Assembly: GCA_965649825.1 (NCBI GenBank)
Contig: OZ287702.1
Span: forward strand, 1,044,786 to 1,108,785
Direction of reading: 5' to 3'
Source of the DNA: Penicillus capitatus
Lineage: Eukaryota > Plantae > Chlorophyta
Length of the DNA: 64,000 nt
Shown here: piece after piece, positions 46,833 to 58,493 of the stretch
How the letters are laid out: each line of letters opens with the position of its first letter
How positions within the stretch are numbered: position 1 is the first letter of the stretch
Translations under genes and position numbers: made by a program
Notes under the pieces: generated by a model
Database searches by the model: none
What the model was told of the DNA's origin: nothing
What the model saw: only the letters and a program-made list of their open reading frames with translations

Positions 46833-47825
46833 ATGGCTCGTCAATGTGGTTCAGGCGACTTCGGCTCTGGAAATGTGCCATTGGATCTCCGAATTGCCAC
46901 TTTTCTGGCCGGTATCCAGGGAGAACCCATCAGTACTACAAGATCCAGTACTGAACACGGATCATCCGGTTCCGAGCAACAACAGCCCGAGCAACCGACT
47001 CCCGTGGCAGCAATCATAGCCGAACAGCCCTCCGCGCCTCTGGCGATGGAGACTTCTGAGCGAACAGCAGCTGGTCGACAACATCGCAGAAGTCAAACCA
47101 CTGGCCGCCGACGGAGATACAGAGATGATCGTCAGAGACTATCAAATTCATTAGCGCAGAAACGATACCGAGAGAGGAAAAAGCAGGCATTCGACAACAT
47201 GAAGGCCCTCGTCGATTCCCTGACTGCCGAAGTGGATCGGCTGCAACATGTCAAACGTGAAAATGAGAAGCTCACGCTGGAGATGGAAGAGTATCGGCAA
47301 CTTGCCGATGTCCATGGAATGAACAGAGCATCGCGTGTTGCTGAGAACAACAGTCCAACGTCGACCTTCAACGATTCAAGTCCCACATCTGTCTGTTCGC
47401 TGACACTTCAGGGCCCAAGTGCACCACTGCCACCAATCGAGCCGATTGCTCAGCCGATGCTGACACTCCAGAGCACGAACGTTGCCGATTGGATGGGCAC
47501 GATGAGTCGAATCTGTCAATGGAGGACGGCGACCGATGTGGACACGTCACGAGGTCTACAGACCGAGATTGAACAGCTCGAAAAGGACTGGAATGAACGG
47601 ATGGCGACGGTCGAGAATTTTATGCGTCTCTATCGAATCTACGGAGGCACGGCGACATCGTCCGACGAACACATGCTTCCCTTTTTGCGATCGTGTATGA
47701 CCAACATGCATTCGATGAATGCTGACGTCACTTCGCTGAAAGTTCAGTTGGTCGCACAGCAGACGCAGGAGAATAGAACCAGAGTGCAGGAAGTCTTTGG
47801 TTTTCAACCCAACGATTCCAAATGA
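46833..47825 (+). CDS. bZIP-like transcription factor (3' end may continue to ~48180)
   Basis: Basic region RQRLSNSLAQKRYRERKK followed by heptads MKALVDSLTAEVDRLQHVKRENEKL. Confidence 0.75.
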   Translation: MARQCGSGDFGSGNVPLDLRIATFLAGIQGEPISTTRSSTEHGSSGSEQQQPEQPTPVAAIIAEQPSAPLAMETSERTAAGRQHRRSQTTGRRRRYRDDRQRLSNSLAQKRYRERKKQAFDNMKALVDSLTAEVDRLQHVKRENEKLTLEMEEYRQLADVHGMNRASRVAENNSPTSTFNDSSPTSVCSLTLQGPSAPLPPIEPIAQPMLTLQSTNVADWMGTMSRICQWRTATDVDTSRGLQTEIEQLEKDWNERMATVENFMRLYRIYGGTATSSDEHMLPFLRSCMTNMHSMNADVTSLKVQLVAQQTQENRTRVQEVFGFQPNDSK

Positions 47826-48399
47826 TCACCATCACTTTATTTCGCGGATTCACCCTTTTGACAGATGTCCATCTGTTCGGCCCACTCCACTCACTCTGTG
47901 GCATTTTTCCTGACATCATATGTGCTTGATTGACCGTACACGATATGGACTCTCTCTTTATCAGGCAGATGTCAAGTGCCCCCTTCCACTGGCACAGAAG
48001 AATGGCATCACAAGCAGCACCTCTGGCAGGTGTTGGATTCCATTTTTCTCAAACCTTCCTTCCTCTCTCTCCCAGAAACGTGGAGCTTTCACGCATTCGT
48101 TCTGCCAAAATTGATAAGAAAATGATCCAATTCATACAAACGAGCAGCCAGCGAGTAGATCTTACATCGTATTGCTGCTTGTGACTATCAGCAAAATATG
48201 ACAGTTTGTTCTTTTTATTTATATAGAAAATGTAGTTAATACATGTCTATCTACATCACTCTTTACTTGGAAGCCTTTTGCTTTCATTGGGAATGAGAGT
48301 ATAATTGTAAGAATGATTGTTGTTCGTGTATTGCTGAATCGAAAGCTCGGCGTCCATGCGCAGCGACTTCCATTTGTCACCTCACGAAATTTTTGAGCT

Positions 48400-49509
48400 A
48401 TGCCGACTAAGGGACACCTTTCGCAGCAACAAAACACAGACGCAGAACGAAACGTGCCGGCGGAGGTTCCACACGGCGCGGCCAATCGTCGGTTAGAGGA
48501 TCGCATCGCTATGTTTTTCCAAGGACTGGAGCATCCGACGGGTGCAACAAATACTGGAAGCGCGCATCAGACAACAGGCTTCTCCGCCATGGACGTCGCC
48601 GATCCGGAGCGGTTGCCGCGGAGTACGGCGGATCCGGTACAGACGCAGTCGCAAGTTTTCGTTCTCCTAAACAACGAAACGGAAGACGGAGTGCCGCGTC
48701 CTCCTTCAACGGACGTCGCCACGTCCCAACCACAGAGGTAAACGACGGACCCCTGCCCACCTTTGGTGACACTTCGGCGTAGACGGCGAGGAAAGCGCAT
48801 TCGCTGCGATGCATTACCGCATGAAGAGATTGTATCGAATCTGTCCGGTGCCTTCACACCATTGGATGTCAGGGAGATGTATGGTGGGAGATCACACCTG
48901 CATCCATTCGCCACAACACCCGTCACAACTTCACGTTTGACACAGCACAGTGAATCGGACATTCGCCAAGGAGCCTTAAGTGGCTGCGGCGGCGGTGGCG
49001 GCGGTGGCGGCGGTGGCGGCGTGACTGGGAGTGCTGCCTTTGCAATGCCATCTGTCTGTCCAGGTCAGACCATGATCGATGTGCGTGTTCTCAGTCACAT
49101 TCATCCGATGGATGTCACCGCATTGGCAACAACAGTATCCGGTGGAACGTCGCCCACCCCATTCCCTGGCGGTATCCAGCCGCCACCTAGGAACAGTCCT
49201 GAACAGACGAGCGACCCTTCGAAGATGAGTGCCATCGAAAAGGCGAAGCTCGATTGGGAAACGCACATCACTGTCATGGAACAGGTTCTTGCCGCCAACA
49301 GAGAACAGGGATTGCCAGAGCATTCGATCTCCTTGGACGCATTGCAGTTGCTGAGTCAAATGATCAGTAACCTCTATTCCCTCAATGCCAAGCTTCTGTA
49401 TGCCGAAACGCAACGCGTTCTCGACGAACACCGCCAGAATGCCAGACGCATTGACGATGTCTTCCAAGGGCTTGCAGGAGTAAAGAGACAGAAAGGGAAA
49501 GAAGATTAA
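48400..49509 (+). CDS. Diverged tandem paralog of the upstream bZIP gene without a recognisable bZIP, 2 exons
   Basis: Shares the N-terminal motif (LEDRIAMFFQGL vs LDLRIATFLAGI) and a C-terminal helical domain. Confidence 0.6.
48988..49020 (+). repeat. GGC/GGT trinucleotide tract (11 Gly)
   Basis: ggcggcggtggcggcggtggcggcggtggcggc. Confidence 0.9.
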
Positions 49510-49973
49510 GCATGGTTGGATCACGATGTGCGTGCTCACCAGCTCATGCTCTTGTCGTTCGATCCGGCATCGAGATCGATCGATGCATTGCTATTGACGT
49601 CATCATCAATTATCATCAATATCTCAACAAGGAACAAGGCATCCAAATCTCAAGCACAAGGCGCTGACAGACAAGAGCCTGTGATGGATTTCGTCGTTTT
49701 TGTTGCATCCTTATGAGGCGATCGGTCAATTTCGTGCCGTTTTTGCAAATCGGGGATTTCGGATTTCAGTCAGGTGGGCGAATCCACCCTCTGTGTTTCT
49801 TCTTGTTTGATGCTAAATGTTCGATGAGAAATATACATCGTTTGACGAAAATTGCCACACTCAGCAGTACCGTTTCAAAACATCGAAAGAAATCTCTGCG
49901 CGTCGTTGACAGCGTCCACGCATTCGGCAAAGGATTTCTCTCCTGCCGTGCTGTTTGCTCGTGCTAAACGACG

Positions 49974-50513
49974 ATGTCCATTTCGCGTTCTGAGCAAGTC
50001 CGTCGACTCTTCGGCGTTGACGTATTGTGTCAGCGATTGCTGCTAGGAGAGGGAGGAGGTCGACGCCACAGGGACGTTCGAAGTTAAGGCAACGGCGGAG
50101 CTAGAGGTGCGCCGGCTGCACCTGCTGTGCCTCGCCCCAATGGTACGAGCAGGAACTCGAGAAGCAACATGAGGGATTAATGGCACACATCGCGACGTTG
50201 AAAGAGGCATGGACCGTTCTGTAGAGTCTCTCTCAACGGTTCTGCGCCGCAGGACGTGCGAAAATGGCAACACAATATCGAAACCGAAGCGCAAGAGCAC
50301 AGTGAAGTGAGTAACCATGTCTGGCGTTTCATCTCTGTGATCCTGTGGATGTCCCATCACGACTAGGCGCTGGATAAGATCCGCAGCCAACTGCGTGGCG
50401 AGGTGGAGTCGTTGCGATCGGAGTTCGAGACCATCAAACATAAGATCAAGGAACAGATGACAGAGGACGACACACCCGTCGCGTCCAACGAAGCGACTGC
50501 TGTTGATAAATAA
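49974..50513 (+). CDS. Small plant-type coiled-coil protein, 5 exons; absent from the ORF track
   Basis: Spliced ...TFEVKATAELE|ELEKQHEGLMAHIATLKE|DVRKWQHNIETEAQEHSE|ALDKIRSQLRGEVESLRSEFETIK...; every junction keeps frame. Confidence 0.65.
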
Positions 50514-50556
50514 ATCATCGCGATTACGATGCAATAATGTGACTTTCTCGCTGAAC

Positions 50557-51665
50557 ATGGGTAAAGGTGGCACACGTTTTGTATCGGACGCCATTTCGGT
50601 GCGCGCACCGAGACAGCGGTCGTCTTTCTCGGCACGCGAGCTGCGACGCGACATGGAGACGTACTGCGAAACGGGAGTTCATCCTGATATCGAAAAAGCG
50701 ATAGAGGAGCATCGAGAACGGCCAGCTGAAAAACCTCTTCCTCTGTTTGACCCGGACCGCCCGTTCGTTTACTTTCAGTTCTCGATCTCCGGCGAAGCCA
50801 TCGGACAGTTCTCCCTCAACCTGTTCGACAACGTTCAGAAGTTTGGTGTTTGTGTGATAGAGTGACTGTTGAGCTATTCCGAGAGCACCATCCACGTGGC
50901 GTCGAAATGCTGCAGAATCTGTGCAAGAGGGGATCGCAGGCGTCACTCGAAAACAGATGTGTGCATAGACTGCTGACGGAATGCGCTTTCTTTATGGGCC
51001 GCTCAAAGTCTGTTTGTTCTCTTCTTGTGAGAATCGGCATTGGACGTTGTGAACGGACAGGTGTACGAGAGAGATCATACGTCGCCCTCGTCTCAACCAT
51101 ACAGAAAAGGGCACGGTCTCCATAAGTGGAGATGGCAACGAAGTAGCCATCACATTACGAGAAGACGCTCTTGCATTGGACGAAACGCATCATGTGTTGC
51201 CATCTGCTTATTGGCGGCGCGTTGTGATCTTGGCCGGTGCTGCAGGTGGTCGGGAGAGTGCATTTGGGATTGGATGTGCTGGACAGGGTGAATACTGTCA
51301 TCGCTGGTCCCTTTGATATTCCGCTGGATGACATCCGCATCACGAAATGCGGAATGACGGATCATTTGGGGAGGATAGACGCGGCCGAGATATCTGGCGA
51401 CAAAAACGCCGTGTCTGCCAAGTCTCCGGACAACGATCAACAGCTCAAACTCGAAGCACAACGCGCACAGGATGACCTAAAGTACGTTCTTGCTGAGCGT
51501 ATACGCGGTCAGGTCTCTGAGTGTTGTTGGATGTCTAGATCGGCATTGGAAGAGGGACTCACTCGAAAACGAAGAGTAAATGAGGCGAGGGAGCGAAGCA
51601 ACAACAAAAAGCGTGTTCTGGATCTGGACCTGTCATCCTCCACCAGTTCAGATGAGGATGCCTAG
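50557..51665 (+). CDS. Cyclophilin-like protein with degenerate active site, multi-exon
   Basis: RPFVYFQFSISGEAIG, RVTVELF, VHRL, LNHTEKGTVSI, LDETHH|VVGRVHLGLDVL, DIRITKCG. Confidence 0.75.
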
Positions 51666-51687
51666 TATCGAATGTAAAAAGTGTTCG

Positions 51688-54154
51688 CTATACGCTGTCT
51701 GATGTCACTGGAGCCACGTCTTTCGTTTCGATCACCGATTGTGGTTTCTGATTCAAGACGCCCAATGTCTGCCGCAGGGCTCTGGCCAGAACACGCGAAG
51801 AGAGTTTGGATGCCAAGATGATCGGAATCTTCACTGCTTCATCACGATCCGCTGCATTCAAACTCTGAATCTCCTGTGAGCCATTCATGAACCCGTGAAT
51901 GTATGATGTTACTGCTGTAAAGACGTACGTTTAAGATCCAAGTCAGGGCAGACGATGCTTGCGTTATTGTGTGGAGGGTCGTCACATTGGCACTGTGTCG
52001 ATCGCGTTGCTCGATCTGCTGCATAGCCTGGGATAACCGTCGCAGTCCAGCAATCTATAACAACGGCTTTGATTGGAGGATGGCATATGCGTGCGGACCT
52101 GTTCTCGGTCTTTCTCTTCGGAGAAGGAAGGGACGGACATCAGCATCTGTCCCCAGAGGCTCTGTGTAAAGGGAACGCCGTTTGTTGGAGCCGAGAACAC
52201 ATTGTTCTTCGTTGACTGGATCCAATCATCCACGCCAAGACGCCACGCAGCGTCGATGCCTTTGGCGATTTCATCCAACAGAATGTCACGCACAAACAGT
52301 CCCTCCTCTTTTAGCAAGAACTGCAGTGGACGTGTATTGGGGGACGCTTTCTCAGATGGGTTTGCTTGGTTCCATGTCCCTGAATGAAAGCTATCGGCTT
52401 TGCCAGGAGAGCGTACGGCTTGGAGCAGCAAGGCCTCGAGTCTCTCAAACTGGAATGTCCCTCTTTTGTAGAGGAGCGCTTTGAGTGTTTGTCGGAGTTC
52501 TGGAGTCTTGTCGGAGAGCAGTCGACGCGCCACCCATGGATACGCTGCATTCAGTACTTTATAAGAGGGGTCACTGGCCAAGGCAATTCCCTCCAGGACT
52601 GTCAGACTGCGAACGAGTAGTGTATAGTAGGGTGGAATCTGGAACTTGTACTGATACATCGTCGTGCCCAGTTTCTCAGAGAAATCGCCAAAGCTCAGGT
52701 TATTCATGCCGCCCACCATAATCGACTGAAAAACGCCTGTCAGCGCAGGGATGATCCGAGAGCGGTCGGATGATGAGGGCAGCATGCCGAGAGAAACAAA
52801 ATCTTCAGCCAATGCTTCGTATTCGCGATTGACGAGATGAAGGGTGGCTCGAATGAGGGCCCGTTGCGTCTCTTTGTTGATCTGTCCCATCATTCCGAAA
52901 TCGATATAGCACAACAGTCCACTCGGCAACTTCATCAAATTTCCTGTCGCGAGATGACGAGATGCCTTAGCTGAGTAGGGTTTGGCCTACCTGGATGCGG
53001 ATCTGCATGATAGAACCCTTCCTCAAGCATCTGCTCCAAACTGCAACGGACGCCCACGTCGACCAACCTCAAATCTTCGTGGCTGCCTCGGCTGGCGCGT
53101 TTGGCAGTGGCACCGGATCGGAGCTTCTGGCCATCGACCCATTCCATCACCAGTACCTTCGGCGTAGTCCACTGGAAATACATTTCGGGTACGTAGACGC
53201 CTTTCATCTGGCCAAAGAGTTGCTTGAAACGCGCTCCGTTTGCCGCTTCCCTGAAAGGAGATTTCTTCGAACGCGGTACAAGAGCACTGCGGAGTACCGT
53301 TCGTAATCCACTTCTTTAAAAAGACTGGTGGCCCATTCGTCGATGAGGAGTGGCAGATTGCTGTTGACTTTCTTCCATTTTCGCACGAATCCTGCCAATT
53401 TTCGCAGAAGGTACACATCCAGTGCAATCTGCTCCACCACGTCCGGCCTCTGCACTTTGACAGCGACTTCTTGCTGCGTTGTCCTTAATCGAGCTCTATA
53501 GACTTGCCCCAACGAAGCCGCCGCGACAGGGTCCGGCGAAACATCGCTGAAGATCTCCTGAATCGGCGCCGCCAACTCCTTCTCGATCACTGTCATGTCA
53601 CATCCACTCAACAGATCTGCACAGAATGGACTGGGCTTCACTTTCGAACGCAGCAGTATTGCTGAAGGGCGGGATGCGGTCCTGAAGCTTCTCCAATTCT
53701 CTCAGATAAGTCGGCGGAACCACATCCGGACGGGAAGATGCCACTTGACCGATCTTTACAAAGGCAGGACCAAGAGAAGTCAAGACGCCCCTCAAATTCG
53801 ACGCTGCCCTTTCTGTGTCTTTTGTCAGAAACGCACGTACAAACCAGAGACCCATAACGGAGCCAATCTCGATGAGACGTGCCGTCGTGGCCACAGGTCT
53901 CTGATCCCAGTACGCTCCATTGCGCTCGGCACTGTAATTGTCTCGAAGATTGAGACCATCACGCTCCAACTGACGACAGGGGCACACACGTGATCCCCGA
54001 CCTTAACAGTGAGCCGCACCTGACCGGCACGTACACGAAGGTATCCCCGTGGACGTAGCTGTCGTCGAGGGTGGAGATAGAGAATCGGAGAACCGCGTCT
54101 GCAGGTTGTGCTCGTGAGTGATACTGCCCGTTCAAGCATTCTCCACGCCAGCAT
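51688..54154 (-). CDS. ABC1/UbiB atypical kinase, plastid type (closest recalled: ABC1K5-like)
   Basis: LGPAFVKIGQ..SSRPD, LQDRIPPF, VAAASLGQVYRA, VAVKVQRP, DEWATSLFKEVDY, GFYHADPHPG, YIDFGMMG. Confidence 0.9.
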
Positions 54155-54197
54155 GTGCCGTACGTCACGCACCTTCGCATCGCAATCGACGTCAACA

Positions 54198-55421
54198 ATG
54201 ACGAATTCGAAAGAGAGCTGGACGACGATAGAGAGCGACCCAGGCGTGTTTACAGAACTTCTGCAGCGTATGGGTGTGCAGTCGGTTCAAGTGCGTTGCG
54301 CCGCGATTTCGAAAGCGAGGCGAAGATGCCAGACAGGTGGAGGAGCTCTACGCTTTGGACGAAGCCCAGCTGCAGTATTTAAAACCCGTCTATGGTTTGA
54401 TCTTCTTGTTCAAGTGGCGTGCGGAAAAGGATGACCGGCCGATCGAATACGCCGCCTTGGAGAGCGTCTGGTTCGCCAACCAAGTCATACAGAACGCCTG
54501 CGCCACTCAAGCGATTCTCTCGGTACTGTTCAACCGACCGGATGTCGACCTCGGCACAGAACTCGCAAACCTGAAGTCCTTCACGGCAGATTTTCCGCCG
54601 CACCTGAAAGGTGACGATCTATCATGTCAGTCCAGAGCGTAAAGGCGATGGTGTTCAGGGCTGACCATTGGGAACAGTGAAGTGATTCGCCAGGCGCACA
54701 ACAGTTTTCGTCCCCCCGATGCGTTCGTTTCGGATGAGGACGCCGGAGGAAAGGACAGCTCTGAGGTCTATCATTTTATTGGATATGTGCCTGTCGATGG
54801 GGTGCTGTACGAATTGGATGGACTGAAAGAAGGGCCAATTCGACTCTGTTCGTGTCAAGAGGTCAAGCCACCGACGGAGCAAAGGAGATCGTGAGATGTC
54901 TGCTTAGGAGGATTGGTTGAATCTGGTGTCTCCGTTTATCCGGGCACGAATTGAGCAATACGCGAAGAACGAAATTCGCTTCAACTTGATGGCCGTTATC
55001 AAGAACAGAACAGAGGTGCTGCAGGAGAATATCCACGGGGCAGAAGAGAAGAAGGAAAAACTGATGGCCTCTTTGGAATCCATGGGTACAGAAGATGGCG
55101 GCGCTGTGCATACAGAAATCGCTCAATTAGAAGATTCAGTTTTGAGGTGACGTTGCTGCAGAGTGAGAAAGTGTGAGATGATGTGACGGCAGATACAAAG
55201 AGGACTTGACAAGCGAAGAGACAAAGCTGAAGAAATGGAAAGAAGAAAACGTGCGGAGAAAGCACAATTACATTCCATTTCTCTTCAATTTTCTGAAGAT
55301 CCTGGCCGAGAAAGATCAGCTAAAAGAACTGATCGACATGGCCAAGGACAAACAGAACCAACAGCAGCAGCAAGACCAAGAGAAGGGAGAGACCGAGTCC
55401 AATACAGAAATGCAGGAGTAG
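54198..55421 (+). CDS. UCH37: Ubiquitin C-terminal hydrolase UCH37/UCHL5 type
   Basis: [76 protein letters not shown]. Confidence 0.93.
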
Positions 55422-55504
55422 GTAGATGTGAGCGACACGTGTTTTAATGGTGTCATCACTTTCACGCACATGGATTGCTCTGTCAACATCGAGTCGCCTG
55501 TTGA

Positions 55505-56035
55505 TTAGATGGCCTGTGCACCCAATCCCCACAGCGACCCGTACGACATGTAGGCGAAGACCAGGCCAACCAAAGGAGTGACGATGGAGATGAGCATCAA
55601 CGCCGTCAGGATGTTCCAATTGCTTCCTATGTATTCATCACCCGCCCTTGAAACGCAAAGGACAGGTGAAAGGTGATTCGATGGACATTGGAGTGCACCA
55701 GTTGTCAGAGTAGAAACCGGAGTCGACCGTTTTCTGAGCGAGTTGTTCAGTGATGACGGAACCGCGACGGTAACGGGCTGACAACAGACAGAACCGTGTC
55801 GGCAAAGCGCCTCGATGGTGATGAACACTTTACTGAGTCGATCGCCAATCGTCTCTTTGCGAACCGGAGAGGAATCGATTTCGGTGTCTGTTGGTACACT
55901 CAGTTCGTCGCTCTCTTCCGCCGTCGCTCTCAAGACACGCAGCCTAGGACGCACTGTCACAAACGGCTTTGTTTTAAGTACCACGCTGTGCGAATAAAGG
56001 TCGAACCGGGGAGACGAGGTGTCGATGCAAAGCAT
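55505..56035 (-). CDS. Small predicted plastid membrane protein
   Basis: Transit-peptide-like N-terminus (RPRLRVLRA); C-terminal EYIGSNWNILTALMLISIVTPLVGLVFAYMSYG TM segment; probable in-frame intron. Confidence 0.55.
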   Translation of the reverse strand: MLCIDTSSPRFDLYSHSVVLKTKPFVTVRPRLRVLRATAEESDELSVPTDTEIDSSPVRKETIGDRLSKVFITIEALCRHGSVCCQPVTVAVPSSLNNSLRKRSTPVSTLTTGALQCPSNHLSPVLCVSRAGDEYIGSNWNILTALMLISIVTPLVGLVFAYMSYGSLWGLGAQAI

Positions 56036-56862
56036 GACGATCGAAGGCGAAACGAAAAGTCCATTGACGGCCGCAATGGCGTCGTATGAACAGAGAGTGC
56101 ACAAGAGTTCATCAGAGCTGCAGTTGCTCGACGCGGACGCGATAATCAACGTGACATGCATCGTTCATTGGACATTTCTGACGTGGCAGCACGGTAGACC
56201 GACAAAGTGATGGAAAGACGTCGCCGCCACAACGCCGATCGCACTTCATAGACGGGATCAGTGCCCAGAAGAAAAGACGTGTTAGGGGACACGACATCCG
56301 GCCGGTTACGAAAACCATTCCGATCGGACTGCGCGTTGCGAAGATCGTCGAATACACGAGAGGCCGCTAAGGATCCCGACGATCGCCGGTTCATCCACTG
56401 ACCCACCCTATCTTCGTCGAATGTCGATTCGATTTCGGCATCGAACACTTAGCCCTCGCCGCGCCGTAACACGAAAGATATCTCCCGTTTCGCATATGTG
56501 GACATTGTTCGCATACAGCATTTGGACCAACTGCCTTCAGAGGAAGTGGATTGGGCATAGCTCTTTGCGAAGAGTCGCGAAACGTCGAGCACATGGAAAG
56601 GAATGCATCAACGTCTTGTCGCCGTCACGACATGCGTCTCCTACAAAGACGTCTTGATGTGTCGCCTGTCGGGGATGGGAGTGTCTGACGTTAAATTTGT
56701 CTTCGCATACCGTCGACAATGACGATCGCTGTTTGTGCCGAAGAGAACATTCATGCTTTCACCAGAGAAACAGATTCATGCAGTTCAGCGACGACATCCG
56801 CGGAGAGATCATGACGTATAGGGATAGGTGGCATTGATTCTCTTTTATAGCAAGGTGTTCCG

Positions 56863-57985
56863 TCAGACATGCCAATCGATGACCTCGAGATCGTGCGATT
56901 CGAGATAGGCATTGCATTTTGAGAAATGCTGACATCCGAAGAAACCACGATAGGCTGATAGCCCAGACGGATGGGCGCATTTTAGTATAAGATGACGATC
57001 GCCATCCAAGTCCTTCCCTAGCACACATCACATCCCAATGGATACTCTCCAACACTGACACTTTTGCATCTCACCCATCTTCTGTGCATGTGCTCCCCAC
57101 AGAAAGAAGACCAAATGTTCTCGTCTCTCGTTTAAGATAGCGAGCACTTTACGGGTGAATCTCTCCCAACCCTTCTTTCGATGTGAATACGCTTGGGAAC
57201 CGCGCACCGTTAGAACTGTATTCAGGAGTAGGACACCCTGTCCACAGTCACAACTCAGCTGCATGACGGAGGGGATAGAGGAGAGACTTGTGTTGCCCAG
57301 TTGGTTAGATCTCCATGGGATCCAGGATCGTACCCAAGATCCGATTTAATCTCTTTATAGACATTTCGTAAGCTGCTCGGTAGACGGGCGCTTTGTGGGA
57401 CAGAAAAGCTCAGGCCAGTTGCCTGGTTTACTCCATGATAGGGATCCTGTCCCAGCAATACCACGCGCACCCTGTGAGCACTGCCCTGTCTACAGGCATG
57501 GCAATAACAGGGAGAGTACTTTTTGAAAGGGGTCATTTCGAAGGCGTTGAAGATGTGACCGACGGGTGGATAGACGACCGTTTTCGGATCATCCCATTCC
57601 ATTTCCAAGAATGTCTGCAGCTTTGTGAAGTAATCACAGCGAAACTCCTCGCTCAGCATTTCGAGCCATCCCGATTCTGTCAAGAGCTTTGAGAGTTCTG
57701 GATGTTCTCCTGCTGTCACAGCCTTGACGACGACCTGCCATGCGAGATCTTCCTTCAGGATGCCAATATGTGCGCGACAGTGACCTCTTGTGCGGGAGAG
57801 GCGAAGGCGGATGACTCTGTTGGTGTCGAAGGATCCGTGGGCGAAGTGCCAGTGGATGCATTGGAAACGCGTTTCTTCACCTTCGGCTTCTTTGCGTTGC
57901 GAGCGGTGCCGCCGGAGCGAAGACGTTTTGGCATTTTGGCGCAACACGTTGGCGCCAGAAGCGATGCGATCCGCAGCGTTTGCAT
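56863..57985 (-). CDS. UNG: Uracil-DNA glycosylase (family 1), multi-exon
   Basis: [62 protein letters not shown]. Confidence 0.95.
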
Positions 57986-58493
57986 TACTGGCATCTAGAC
58001 GTCTGCTATGCGTCCATTCTACAACGGACACTTCGTTCGTAAAGCATAACACACCACACGGCACTCCCGCTACTCTGAGACAGCAGATCGCGAACAGCAC
58101 GCGTTTGTGGTCGGTGTCGGTCGTTTGCTATACGTTGTCGATCGGCCGACACATGTGCCACCAAAATGGCAACGGCCACTGTCGGCTGAAAGAGAAGATC
58201 AATGCGCGAGAAGAAAAAGGGATCTGCATTGATGATGGTTGTCTTTGCTGTCCAGCTCATCTTTCGAGGTGGACGATACAGAAGCAGCCATTCAGATATC
58301 AAAACAGGGTGGGCATTTCAAAACAGTACTGTCACAAATCGTGCACAACGCACACCCATAACCCCACGTCCATTGAACACTCCTGCCTTAAACGTGCCGC
58401 AAATTCTGGCCCAGCGGAAAGTGGACGTTTAGGAACAATACGTTGAGTTGCAACTGGCTATCATGACATGGGATTGAATACGCGTAAGAGAAT

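Noticed and set aside
50043-50654. 203-aa minus-strand ORF
   Set aside because: Antisense to a better-supported spliced plus-strand coiled-coil gene
56050-56760. Possible gene between the small plastid protein and UNG
   Set aside because: Coding-like fragments on both strands but no consistent exon chain or motif
58000-58450. Short ORFs between UNG and the second receptor
   Set aside because: No motif or splice support; likely UTR or promoter sequence
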